Assembly (NCBI GenBank): GCA_964507515.1
Contig: CAZDSB010000551.1
Location: 1-36,129 of the forward strand
Reading direction: 5' to 3'
Origin: an uncultured Myxococcaceae bacterium
GTDB lineage: Bacteria > Myxococcota > Myxococcia > Myxococcales > Myxococcaceae
DNA: 36,129 bases
Below, piece by piece: positions 16,807-24,699 of the stretch. Made by a program: the position numbers and the translations under genes. The notes beneath the pieces were generated by a model. The model was not told the origin of the DNA and did no database searches. It worked only from the letters and a program-made list of their open reading frames with translations. Each line of letters opens with the position of its first letter. Positions within the stretch are counted from its first letter, which is position 1.

Positions 16807-18603
16807 ATGCGCTCGCTCCTCCTTCTTCTCGTCATGCGCACCGCAGCCGCCGCCGCGCCTCCCTCCGCGACGCCCGAGGAGGCCCGGACCTTCGTCAGGA
16901 AGGTGAACGACGACCTCCGGGCGCTCACCGTCAAGCAGTCCACCGCGGACTGGATCAAGTCGACGTACATCACCGAGGACACCGAGCGCGGCTCGGCCTG
17001 GGCCAACGACGACCTGCTCGCGGCGACCCGCGCGGCCCTGGAGCAGGCGCGGCGGTTCGACGGCCTGCCTCTCGACGCCGACACCGCCCGGATGATCCGC
17101 CTGCTCCGGGTCAACAACACCGTGCTCGCGCCGGCAGACGCCGCGCACCGCGCCGAGCTCACCTCGCTGCTCGCGCGCATGGAGGGGCTGTACGGCGCGG
17201 GCAAGGATTGCGGCCCGAACGGGAAGGGGAAGTGCCGGGACCTCGAGGCGCTGGAGAAGGTGCTGGACCGGAGCCGCGACCCGAAGGCGCTCCTCGACGC
17301 CTGGACCGGCTGGCACGCGGTGGGCCGCCAGATCCGCCCGCTCTACGAGCGCTTCGTGGTGCTCGCCAACGAGGGCGCGCGGGACAACGGCTTCACCGAC
17401 CTCGGATCGCTGTGGAAGAGCGCGTACGACATGACGCCGGACGAGCTCGAGCGGGAGTACGACCGCATCTGGGCGCAGGTGGAGCCGCTCTTCGGCGACC
17501 TCCACTGCTACGTCCGGACCGCGCTCCAGCGGAAGTACGGCAAGGCGCTCGTCCCCGACGGCAGGCCCATCCCCGCGCACCTCCTCGGGAACATGTGGGC
17601 CCAGGAATGGACGAACGTCTATCCGCTGGTGGAGCCGTTCCCCGGCGTCTCGAGCCTCGACGTCACGAAGAACCTCGAGGCGAGGAAGTGGGACGCCCGG
17701 CGGATGGTGAAGCTGGGTGAGAGCTTCTTCACCGGTCTCGGCCTCGACCCGCTGCCCGCCACCTTCTGGACCCGCTCGCTGATGACCAAGCCGCGCGACC
17801 GCGAGGTCGTGTGCCACGCCTCGGCGTGGGACGTCACCTACTCGGACGACCTGCGCATCAAGATGTGCATCCGGCCCGAGGAGGAGGACCTCATCACCAT
17901 CCACCACGAGCTCGGTCACAACTACTACCAGCACGCCTACGTGAAGCAGCCGTTCCTCTACATGACCGGCGCGAACGAGGCGTTCCACGAGGCGGTGGGG
18001 GACGCGCTCGCGCTCTCGGTCACCCCTGGCTATCTCGTGAAGGCGGGACTGCTCGATCGCGTCCCGCCCGAGAACCCGAAGGCGCTGATCAACGCCCAGA
18101 TGAAGAGCGCGCTGGAGAAGGTCGCGTTCCTCCCCTTCGCCCGGAGTGTCGACCGCTGGCGGTGGCAGGTCTTCGCCGGGAAGGTGAAACCGGGCAACTA
18201 CGAGTCGTCCTGGTGGGCGCTGCGGACGAAGGACCAGGGCGTGGCCCCTCCGGTCCCGCGGGCCGAGGGAGACTTCGACCCCGGCGCGAAGTACCACGTG
18301 CCAGCCAACGTGCCGTACGCCAGGTACTTCCTCGCCCGCGTCCTCCAGTTCCAGTTCTACCGGGGCCTCTGCAAGGCGGCGGGGCAGACCGGCCCGCTCC
18401 ACGGCTGCAGCTTCGCGGGCTCGCACGAGGCCGGACGCCGTCTCCAGGCGATGCTCGCCCTGGGAGCGAGCAAGCCCTGGCCCGACGCGCTGGAGGCGCT
18501 CACCGGGGAGCGCCGGATCGACGCTGGCGCCATGCTCGAGTACTTCGCGCCGCTCTCGGGCTGGCTACGGGATCAGAACCAGGGCCGGACGTGTGGGTGG
18601 TGA
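16807..18603 (+). CDS. Peptidase family M2 (angiotensin-converting-enzyme-like peptidyl-dipeptidase), secreted
   Basis: Signal peptide MRSLLLLLVMRTAAAAAPPSA. Zinc motif HHELGHNYY plus downstream NEAFHEAVGD. ACE-like block VVCHASAWDV. 598 aa, the length of a single ACE domain. Confidence 0.85.
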   Translation: MRSLLLLLVMRTAAAAAPPSATPEEARTFVRKVNDDLRALTVKQSTADWIKSTYITEDTERGSAWANDDLLAATRAALEQARRFDGLPLDADTARMIRLLRVNNTVLAPADAAHRAELTSLLARMEGLYGAGKDCGPNGKGKCRDLEALEKVLDRSRDPKALLDAWTGWHAVGRQIRPLYERFVVLANEGARDNGFTDLGSLWKSAYDMTPDELEREYDRIWAQVEPLFGDLHCYVRTALQRKYGKALVPDGRPIPAHLLGNMWAQEWTNVYPLVEPFPGVSSLDVTKNLEARKWDARRMVKLGESFFTGLGLDPLPATFWTRSLMTKPRDREVVCHASAWDVTYSDDLRIKMCIRPEEEDLITIHHELGHNYYQHAYVKQPFLYMTGANEAFHEAVGDALALSVTPGYLVKAGLLDRVPPENPKALINAQMKSALEKVAFLPFARSVDRWRWQVFAGKVKPGNYESSWWALRTKDQGVAPPVPRAEGDFDPGAKYHVPANVPYARYFLARVLQFQFYRGLCKAAGQTGPLHGCSFAGSHEAGRRLQAMLALGASKPWPDALEALTGERRIDAGAMLEYFAPLSGWLRDQNQGRTCGW

Positions 18604-18648
18604 GGCACCGCGTCATCCCTGGCCGACCGTTCTTCCTGGAAAACCGCG

Positions 18649-18677
18649 TGGACAGTGGAGGAAGAAGCTCTTATGTT
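18649..18677 (+). promoter_or_regulatory. Putative sigma-70-type promoter of the cold-shock gene
   Basis: TGGACA (18649-18654), 17-nt spacer, TATGTT (18672-18677), in a locally AT-richer patch. This would give a ~75-nt 5' UTR containing a 9-bp stem (18700-18708 / 18730-18738). Confidence 0.4.
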
Positions 18678-18757
18678 GCGCGCCGACGCTCGAGCCATGA
18701 CGGCCGGGGTCGTGGCTCGGGACCGAGGTCCCGGCCGTTCATGAAGGAAGCAACGAA

Positions 18758-18961
18758 ATGGCAACTGGTACCGTGAAGTGGTTCAACGATGCGAAGGGCT
18801 TTGGTTTCATCACCCAGGATGGGGGTGGCGAGGACGTGTTCTGCCACCACACTGCCATCCAGGCCGATGGCTTCCGCACCCTCGCCGAGGGGCAGAAGGT
18901 GACCTTCGACATCACCCGCGGCCCGAAGGGTCTGCAGGCGCAGAACGTTCGCGCCATCTGA
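18758..18961 (+). CDS. cspA: Cold-shock protein (CspA family)
   Basis: 67 aa: [31 protein letters not shown].. with RNP1 (KGFGFI) and an RNP2-like (VFCHH) motif. Confidence 0.95.
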   Translation: MATGTVKWFNDAKGFGFITQDGGGEDVFCHHTAIQADGFRTLAEGQKVTFDITRGPKGLQAQNVRAI

Positions 18962-18985
18962 TCTAACGCCGCACTGAACGCACCT

Positions 18986-20461
18986 TCACGACAGGCCCGG
19001 GTACTCCGTCACAGGGGTCCCGGGCCTTCGCACGTCCAGCATCCAGGGACCGAGCACGTTCCAGGAGACGAAGGTGCCGCTCCGCGGCCAGAGCCCCGCG
19101 CCCTCGTCGTTCCAGCACTCGTGCAGCGCGCCGGTACGCTGGACGTCGTTCGCCAGGAGTCGCGCGGTCTTCAGCGCGAGCTCGCGCGCCTCTGCATCGA
19201 AGCCGTACCGGGCGAGCCCCTCGGACATGTAATAGCTGGAGAGCACCCAGACCGGGCCGCTCCAGTTGGAGACCGGTCCCCGGCGGCCCTTCTTGAAGTC
19301 GTAGCGCAGCACCCGGGGTGACTGCTGGTAGTACAGGTCGTCGGCGGGACAGGTGCGGACGCCCACCGGCCCCCAGAAGCCCTCCGGCCGCAGGAGCACC
19401 TCCGCCATCCGGTGGGCCCGCTCCCTCGAAGGGATGCCGGCGTAGAGGGGAAGCAAGCTGGTCCAGCTGACGAAGGGGCGCACCACGCCGTCCACGTCGC
19501 GTGTGCCGACCACCTCGGCGTCGAGTGCGCCCACGCCCTGCTCCCAGCGCAGGGCCACGTGGTGACCGAGGTCGTCGCTCCACAGGAGGTCCTCGACCCG
19601 GCGGCGGAGGCGGGCTGCGGACGCGAGCCATTCCTCGGACTCGTCCTCCCGGCCGACGACGCGAGCCAGGTCCGCGAGCGCCTCGTACTCGAGGACCATG
19701 AAGGCATTGGTGTCCGGCCCCTCGATGCTCCGGTCGGGAAAGCCGGAGGAGAGCACGTCCGTGTCAAATCCGGACTGGAGCGAGCTCCAGGAAAGGAACA
19801 GGCCGTGGAGTCCGGCGAGGTGGCGTTCCTGCCAGCGCTGGAACGCGACCGCGCGCGGGTAGACGCGGTGCCGGTCCGCCCACTCCGGCCCGAGCGCCCG
19901 GGTGCAGCGCAGGGCGTACTGCGCGATGACCGGCTTCGAGGGCTCGGCCTCGCGCGCCTTGTGGGGAAGCTCGGCGCGGTGGACGCGGCCGTCCGGGTCG
20001 GCGCAGTCGAGGAGGCAGAGGAGGCTTCCCCCCGCAGCGTCCCTGAATTCGGGGTCGGCGAGCAGCGCGATCGAGGCCTCGCTGGCGTCGTGGTGGAAGA
20101 GCCCCAGGGAGTAGTCACCGGAGCTGAAGCCGTCTCCCGACGCCGCCGCACGCTGCCCGGAGGACGGCTTGCCGGCGAGGACCCGGGCCGCCGCTGCGGA
20201 GAGCGGCATGGGGGCGAACCACGGGTGCCTGAACCGGAGGTGCGGCGGGCGGATGCACTCCCGGGTCCAGCGCCGGAGCGCCTCGCGGAGGCCGGAGATG
20301 CCGGGAACGTCTGCATCGGCGGCGGGGCCGGTGCCGGTGGCGCCCGCATCGTTCCTGCGCGGGGCGTCGGCGGTCCGAACCGGGCGGGACGCCGACGTGC
20401 GCGGCGCGACGGACGGGCTCCGCCCCGGAGCAGAGCTGACCGGGGGGCGCCGCTTCTTCAC
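18986..20461 (-). CDS. Six-hairpin glycoside hydrolase (GH63-like / trehalase-superfamily)
   Basis: The C-terminal catalytic-domain block SNWSGPVWVLSSYYMSEGLARYG resembles the (Y/N)W.GP.W...NY signature of GH63/MGH-type enzymes. Acidic/aromatic blocks are spread throughout. The start is set at GTG 20461, which overlaps the FKBP stop (GTGA); the first ~40 residues are low complexity, so the start is uncertain. Confidence 0.7.
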   Translation of the reverse strand: MKKRRPPVSSAPGRSPSVAPRTSASRPVRTADAPRRNDAGATGTGPAADADVPGISGLREALRRWTRECIRPPHLRFRHPWFAPMPLSAAAARVLAGKPSSGQRAAASGDGFSSGDYSLGLFHHDASEASIALLADPEFRDAAGGSLLCLLDCADPDGRVHRAELPHKAREAEPSKPVIAQYALRCTRALGPEWADRHRVYPRAVAFQRWQERHLAGLHGLFLSWSSLQSGFDTDVLSSGFPDRSIEGPDTNAFMVLEYEALADLARVVGREDESEEWLASAARLRRRVEDLLWSDDLGHHVALRWEQGVGALDAEVVGTRDVDGVVRPFVSWTSLLPLYAGIPSRERAHRMAEVLLRPEGFWGPVGVRTCPADDLYYQQSPRVLRYDFKKGRRGPVSNWSGPVWVLSSYYMSEGLARYGFDAEARELALKTARLLANDVQRTGALHECWNDEGAGLWPRSGTFVSWNVLGPWMLDVRRPGTPVTEYPGLS

Positions 20462-21261
20462 TTGCCCGCGGGGGGCGGGGTGAAGCCAGGCGACGAGCCC
20501 GGGGTGGGCACCGGCGGTGGCGGCGGCGCCTTGGCGTCGAGCAGCTCGACGTTGAAGTCGAGCACCGAGCCGCCCGGGATGCCCGCCCGGGGCTGGCCGT
20601 TCTCGCCGTAGCCGGCCTTGGCCGGGCACACGAGCCGGGCCTTGCCGCCCACCTTCATCTTCTGCACGCCCTCGGTCCAGCAGGGGATGACCTTGTCGAG
20701 CTGGAACTTCAGCGGCTGGTTCCGCTTGTAGCTCGAGTCGAACTCGGTGCCGTTGGTGAGCTTGCCCACGTAGTTGACGGTCACCTCGTCGGAGGCCTTC
20801 GGGGCAGGTCCGGTGCCCTCCTTCTCGGGGATGTAGATCACGCCCGAGGTGAGCACCTGCGCGCCCTTCTGCTTGGCCGCGGCGTCGAGGTAGGGCTTGT
20901 CACGCGCCTCCTTCTTCTGCGCCGCGCGCGTGTGCCGTGCCGCCGCCAGCTCCTGGATCTTGGGGCCGTAGGTCTCGAGCGAGATGAGGGGCTTCTTGTC
21001 CGTCGCCCCCTCGGAGAGCGCCTTGCGGACGATCTCCAGCTCGGCCGGGGTGAGGTCGAACACCTGGAGGTTCCGCCCGAAGCTGTATCCGAGCGCGTAG
21101 AGCTCCTTGTCGTCCGCGGTCTTGAGGTACCCGACCGGCTTCTCGGGCGCGGCTGCCACGCCGCCATCTGGCTTGCTGCTGTGGGTGGCGCTCACGCCCG
21201 CATCCGGCGCGGCGAGGGCCGGCACGGCGAGGGCGAGGAGGAGCCAGGACAGTCGTTGCAT
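20458..21261 (-). CDS. fkpA: Periplasmic FKBP-type peptidyl-prolyl isomerase (FkpA/Mip-like)
   Basis: ATG 21261 gives the signal peptide MQRLSWLLLALAVPALAAPDAG. N-terminal FKBP_N-like helices (ELYALGYSFGRNL). FKBP domain (VTVNYVGKLTNGTEFDSSY..GGKARLVCPAKAGYG). Pro-rich tail. The upstream part of track ORF 20458..21492 has no protein-like character. Confidence 0.9.
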   Translation of the reverse strand: MQRLSWLLLALAVPALAAPDAGVSATHSSKPDGGVAAAPEKPVGYLKTADDKELYALGYSFGRNLQVFDLTPAELEIVRKALSEGATDKKPLISLETYGPKIQELAAARHTRAAQKKEARDKPYLDAAAKQKGAQVLTSGVIYIPEKEGTGPAPKASDEVTVNYVGKLTNGTEFDSSYKRNQPLKFQLDKVIPCWTEGVQKMKVGGKARLVCPAKAGYGENGQPRAGIPGGSVLDFNVELLDAKAPPPPPVPTPGSSPGFTPPPAGK

Positions 21262-21439
21262 GTTTCGTGCTTTCCCTTCGTGGGGTGATTGGCCGAGGTC
21301 GCTTACCAGGAAGTCCGGGCGTTTTCTTGACCGATCGACACCGTGGCCTACCGTTCGGGGCGAGTGAACAGGTCTGCAGCGGCCTGTCATTCCCGGGAGG
21401 CATGCTTCCCCCGGAGCCCTGAGGGAGGTCACCTCTCCG

Positions 21440-21784
21440 ATGGCCGAGCAACGCAGGACGGGGCGGGCGCAGATCGACATCCTGCTCAACAAGTACGTCG
21501 GCGGCGTTCCCTACACGGCGCGTGCGCGCGACATCAGCCCCGGAGGCGTGCGTCTCGCCCGGCTTCTCGAGCCGGAGCATGCCGGCAAGCGCGTGGGCCT
21601 CCAGTTCCAGCTGCCCGGGTCGAACGAGGTCATCTACGCCGAGGGTGAGGTGGTGCGGGAGTGGATCGAGGCCGAGAATGCGCAGGCCGACGGCGTCCGT
21701 TTCACCCTGCTCACCGAACGGCACCGACTGCTGATCCGCCGCTTCGTGGAGGACGCCGAGGACGCGGCCGAGCTCGCGCAGTAG
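21440..21784 (+). CDS. PilZ-domain protein (predicted c-di-GMP receptor)
   Basis: 114 aa. RxxxR motif (RRTGR, residues 5-9) and D.S..G motif (DISPGG, residues 31-36) at canonical spacing. Confidence 0.8.
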   Translation: MAEQRRTGRAQIDILLNKYVGGVPYTARARDISPGGVRLARLLEPEHAGKRVGLQFQLPGSNEVIYAEGEVVREWIEAENAQADGVRFTLLTERHRLLIRRFVEDAEDAAELAQ

Positions 21785-21800
21785 GGGAGACGTCGCTGTG

Positions 21801-21822
21801 CCCGGGCGTGCACACGTCCGGG
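21801..21822 (+). terminator. GC-rich hairpin downstream of the PilZ gene (possible terminator, no U-tract)
   Basis: CCCGGGCGT-GCAC-ACGTCCGGG: 9-bp stem (one G-U pair) with a 4-nt loop, starting 17 nt after the TAG at 21782-21784. Followed by GTCCCTTCG rather than a T-run. Confidence 0.3.
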
Positions 21823-21973
21823 GTCCCTTCGCCCCAGCCGGGCGTCCGGGTCCGGGCTGCCATCCTTGACACGCCGCGGACCGCTCACGTCTGATTTCTG
21901 AACCTTCCCGCGACTGGTGGCGACGTGACTTCGCGCGGCGCCTCCGGGGGGCAGGTGGAGGCGCTCCGTCCCG

Positions 21974-22762
21974 ATGCTGTTGCACCCCCTCGTTCTGACC
22001 CTCTCGCTGCTCGCCGCCGAGCCGGCGAAGAGTGATCCCCCCAAGACCGACCCCGCCAAGCGCGAGGGCGCGGTCGACTGGCAAGGCCAGGTCATCAAGG
22101 CGACCGGGTCCGGCGCTCCCGACATGCGCTCCCTCAGCCCCGCCCAGGCACGCCTCGGCGCGGAGAAGGCGGCGCAGCTCGACGCCTTCCGGAACCTCAT
22201 CGCCCAGGCGAAGGGCATCCACATCTCGTCCGACAAGACCGTGGGTGCGGCCATGGCGAAGGACGAGGTGAAGGGCCGCGTGGAGGGCGTGGTGAAGGGC
22301 TTCAAGGTGGTGAAGAAGCGGTACTACAGCGACCAGGGCGTGGAGATGGACGTGGAGGTCCCGCTCTCGGGCATTGCCCAGGCGGTGCTCGAGCCCGCCG
22401 CGACGCCTGCCGAGGCGGTGGCGGCCAAGGCCACCGAGGGTCGCTACAGCGGGCTGCTGGTCGACGCGCGGGGGCTCGGGGTGCAACCGGTGCTCGCGCC
22501 GCGACTGCTCGACGCGTCCGGCAAGGTGCTCTACTCGGCGGACAGCATGGGCGCCGATGCGCGCAAGGACGCGGTCCCGGCCCGATACTTCAAGACGCTG
22601 GATCAGGCGACGCACGCCCCGGCGCTGGGAGGCACGCCGTTGCTGGTCAAGGCGCAGAAGGCCCAGGGCGCGGACCTGGTCCTCGCGGACGCCGAGGCCC
22701 GTGCGCTGGACCAGCTCTCTTCGAAGGCCCTGGTCGAGGGCCGGGTGGCCATCGTCCCATGA
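21974..22762 (+). CDS. Secreted protein with LPP20/FlgT_N-like N-terminal domain and an unknown C-terminal domain
   Basis: Signal peptide MLLHPLVLTLSLLAAEP. N-domain KATGSGAP..SPAQARLGAEKAAQLDAFRNLIAQAKGIHISS..VEGVVKGFKVV. C-domain YSGLLVDARGLGVQPVLAPRLLDASGKVLYS. The stop overlaps the next start (ATGA 22759-22762). Family assignment is from memory of the LPP20-type signature. Confidence 0.6.
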   Translation: MLLHPLVLTLSLLAAEPAKSDPPKTDPAKREGAVDWQGQVIKATGSGAPDMRSLSPAQARLGAEKAAQLDAFRNLIAQAKGIHISSDKTVGAAMAKDEVKGRVEGVVKGFKVVKKRYYSDQGVEMDVEVPLSGIAQAVLEPAATPAEAVAAKATEGRYSGLLVDARGLGVQPVLAPRLLDASGKVLYSADSMGADARKDAVPARYFKTLDQATHAPALGGTPLLVKAQKAQGADLVLADAEARALDQLSSKALVEGRVAIVP

Positions 22763-23943
22763 GGAACGCACGTCGAGGCGCGGTGCTGCTCCTGTCGCTG
22801 GCGCTCACGCCGGTGTGGGCTGCGGAGAAGGTCCCGGCCGTCGTCACCAAGGACGCCGAGGGCGAGGCCGCCATCGTCGGCGGCAACGTGGACCGCGCGG
22901 CGCGCGAGGCGAAGGAGGCTGCGCTGCGGAGCGCCGTCGAGCAGGTGGCCGGCGTGCTGGTGAGCTCGCAATCGCTCGCGGTGAACAGCCAGCTGGTCTC
23001 GGACCAGGTGTACTCGCACAGCGCCGGCTACGTCCGCAGCTACGACGTGCTGTCGCAGACCACCGAGAAGGGCGTGGTGAAGGTGAAGGTCCGTGCCCAG
23101 GTCGGCACGGCCGAGCTGGATCGCGATCTCCAGGCGGTGCAGGCGCTGGTGAAGCGCCTGCAGGGCAGGAAGCTGGTGATCCTGCTCCAGGAGCAGACCA
23201 TCGACGAGAAGGGAGTCACCACCACCTCGGGCGTCACCTCGACGGTGCTGACCGATGCCTTCAAGCGCGACGGGTGGACGATGATCGACCCGTCGTTCGC
23301 CGCAGGGAAGGTCCGTGTCTCGTCGGCGGTGGCGCTGGGCGCGACCGAGGCGAAGGAGATCGGCACGCTGAGCAAGGCCGACTACATTCTCTACGGGACG
23401 GCGGCCTTCCGTGACGTGCCGCCGGACGGAGTGCTGGTGCAGCAGGGGCAGCCGCGCTCGGCGTTCCCGCTCACCGGCGACTACGACCTCGGCGTCTTCG
23501 AGACCTCGGCCGGGGCGCAGCTGGCCAAGGTGTCGGGGAAGCTGCGGAGCGAGATGAAGGACGTGAGCGTCAACTCCCGCGAGGAGAGCGCCTATAACCT
23601 CGTGAAGGGGCACGAGGGAGAGATCACCGGCCAGGTCCGCAAGGCGGTCATCGAGTCGCTCCGTGCGTCCGAGCAGAACGGCGCGCGCATCGTGGTCGAG
23701 GTGCACAACGCCGGCGACTTCTCAACCCTCCAGTCCTTCCGGCAGCAGCTCTCGGTGTGGAGCGCGGGCGTGCGCGAGGTGGGCTCGCCCTCGCTTTCCG
23801 GTGGCACCGGCAAGCTGGAGGTGACCTATCTCGGGACGGCGGAGCAGCTGGCGCAGCAGATCGACGGCAAGTCGCTGGCGAAGAAGAAGGTCTCGGTGAC
23901 CGGGGTCTCGGGTAACACGCTCGAGGTCAAGCTCGGCAAGTGA
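22759..23943 (+). CDS. Secreted three-domain FlgT-like protein (LPP20/FlgT_N-like, CsgG/TolB-N-like middle, C-terminal beta domain)
   Basis: Signal peptide MRNARRGAVLLLSLALTPVWAAE. N-domain GEAAIVGGNVDRAAREAKEAALRSAVEQVAGVLVSS, paralogous to the preceding protein. Middle domain RKLVILLQEQ..VLTDAFKRDGWTMIDP..ADYILYGTA. 394 aa. Confidence 0.6.
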   Translation: MRNARRGAVLLLSLALTPVWAAEKVPAVVTKDAEGEAAIVGGNVDRAAREAKEAALRSAVEQVAGVLVSSQSLAVNSQLVSDQVYSHSAGYVRSYDVLSQTTEKGVVKVKVRAQVGTAELDRDLQAVQALVKRLQGRKLVILLQEQTIDEKGVTTTSGVTSTVLTDAFKRDGWTMIDPSFAAGKVRVSSAVALGATEAKEIGTLSKADYILYGTAAFRDVPPDGVLVQQGQPRSAFPLTGDYDLGVFETSAGAQLAKVSGKLRSEMKDVSVNSREESAYNLVKGHEGEITGQVRKAVIESLRASEQNGARIVVEVHNAGDFSTLQSFRQQLSVWSAGVREVGSPSLSGGTGKLEVTYLGTAEQLAQQIDGKSLAKKKVSVTGVSGNTLEVKLGK

Positions 23944-24647
23944 TGCGCTCCGCGCTCCTCCTGGCCCTCCTGTCCGCGTCCTCGGCGCTCGCCGCGGTCG
24001 GGAGCGTGACCGTGATCGAGGGACCCGCCTTCCGGACGCCGAAGGGCGGGACCGAGCAGGCGCTGCAGCAGGGAGCGGAGATCGACCTCGACGACACGGT
24101 GCGCACCGGAGCGGCCGGAACCGTGAAGCTCACCCTCACCGACCAGAGCGTGGTGGTGCTGGGCCCGGACAGCGAGATGCTGATCGAGCGCGCGGAGTTC
24201 CAGGCGCAGGAGCGAAGCAAGGTGTCGCTGACGCTCCTGGTGGGCGGGGTCTGGGCAAAGGTGAAGAAGGCCATCGCGGGGAGCGACTCGACCTTCGAGG
24301 TGAGCGCGGCCCGGGCGGTGGCGGGCGTGCGCGGCACCATCTTCCGGGTGGACGCGACGCCGCTCATCGCCGGTACCCGGCCGCCGAAGATCCGCGAGAC
24401 CGTGGTGCGGGTCACCGAGGGACGCGTGGCGGTCAACGCCCAGGTGAAGAAGGCTGCGAAGAAGCCGCCCCCCGGACCACGGCACGAGGTCCCCGGACCC
24501 ACCGAGGTGACCGCCGAGGAGTGGGAGAAGCGGTTCGTCGAGCTGCAGGCCGGCCGTCAGGTGCGCATCACCGACACCCAGTTCCAGACAGGCAAGGCGA
24601 CCCAGCAGAAGGACGCCATCGACAACTTCCTGCAGAAGCACCCCTGA
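23940..24647 (+). CDS. Secreted FecR-domain protein
   Basis: GTG 23940 (GTGA overlap with the upstream stop) or ATG 23943. Signal peptide MRSALLLALLSASSALAAVG. FecR-like core: VTVIEGPAFRTPKGG..GAEIDLDDTVRTGAAGTVKLTLTDQSVVVLGPDSEMLI..VAGVRGTIFRVDA. Confidence 0.7.
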   Translation: MMRSALLLALLSASSALAAVGSVTVIEGPAFRTPKGGTEQALQQGAEIDLDDTVRTGAAGTVKLTLTDQSVVVLGPDSEMLIERAEFQAQERSKVSLTLLVGGVWAKVKKAIAGSDSTFEVSAARAVAGVRGTIFRVDATPLIAGTRPPKIRETVVRVTEGRVAVNAQVKKAAKKPPPGPRHEVPGPTEVTAEEWEKRFVELQAGRQVRITDTQFQTGKATQQKDAIDNFLQKHP

Positions 24648-24699
24648 GGCCGGCGCACGACGCGCGTTTGCAGGAGGAGCACAGGATCGATTCAGATCC

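Noticed and set aside
14459-17720. 644-aa (minus) and 647-aa (plus) ORFs crossing the SGNH, GT9 and M2 peptidase genes
   Set aside because: They cross several independently well-supported genes on both strands and have Arg/Pro/Gly low-complexity composition.
18673-18744. 23-codon upstream ORF ([23 protein letters not shown]) in the csp leader
   Set aside because: It has no SD, it begins inside the predicted -10 and therefore upstream of the predicted transcription start, and it is more simply explained as chance within the structured leader.
21866-21895. TTGACA at 21866-21871 as the promoter of the secreted trio
   Set aside because: No acceptable -10 hexamer lies at 16-18 nt (GTCTGA/TCTGAT), so I did not list it as a feature. 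It remains a weak possibility.
20900-22771. 623-aa minus-strand ORF covering the FKBP 5' part, the PilZ gene and the first gene of the secreted trio
   Set aside because: It spans a divergent promoter region and three separately supported genes, and has no domain signature.
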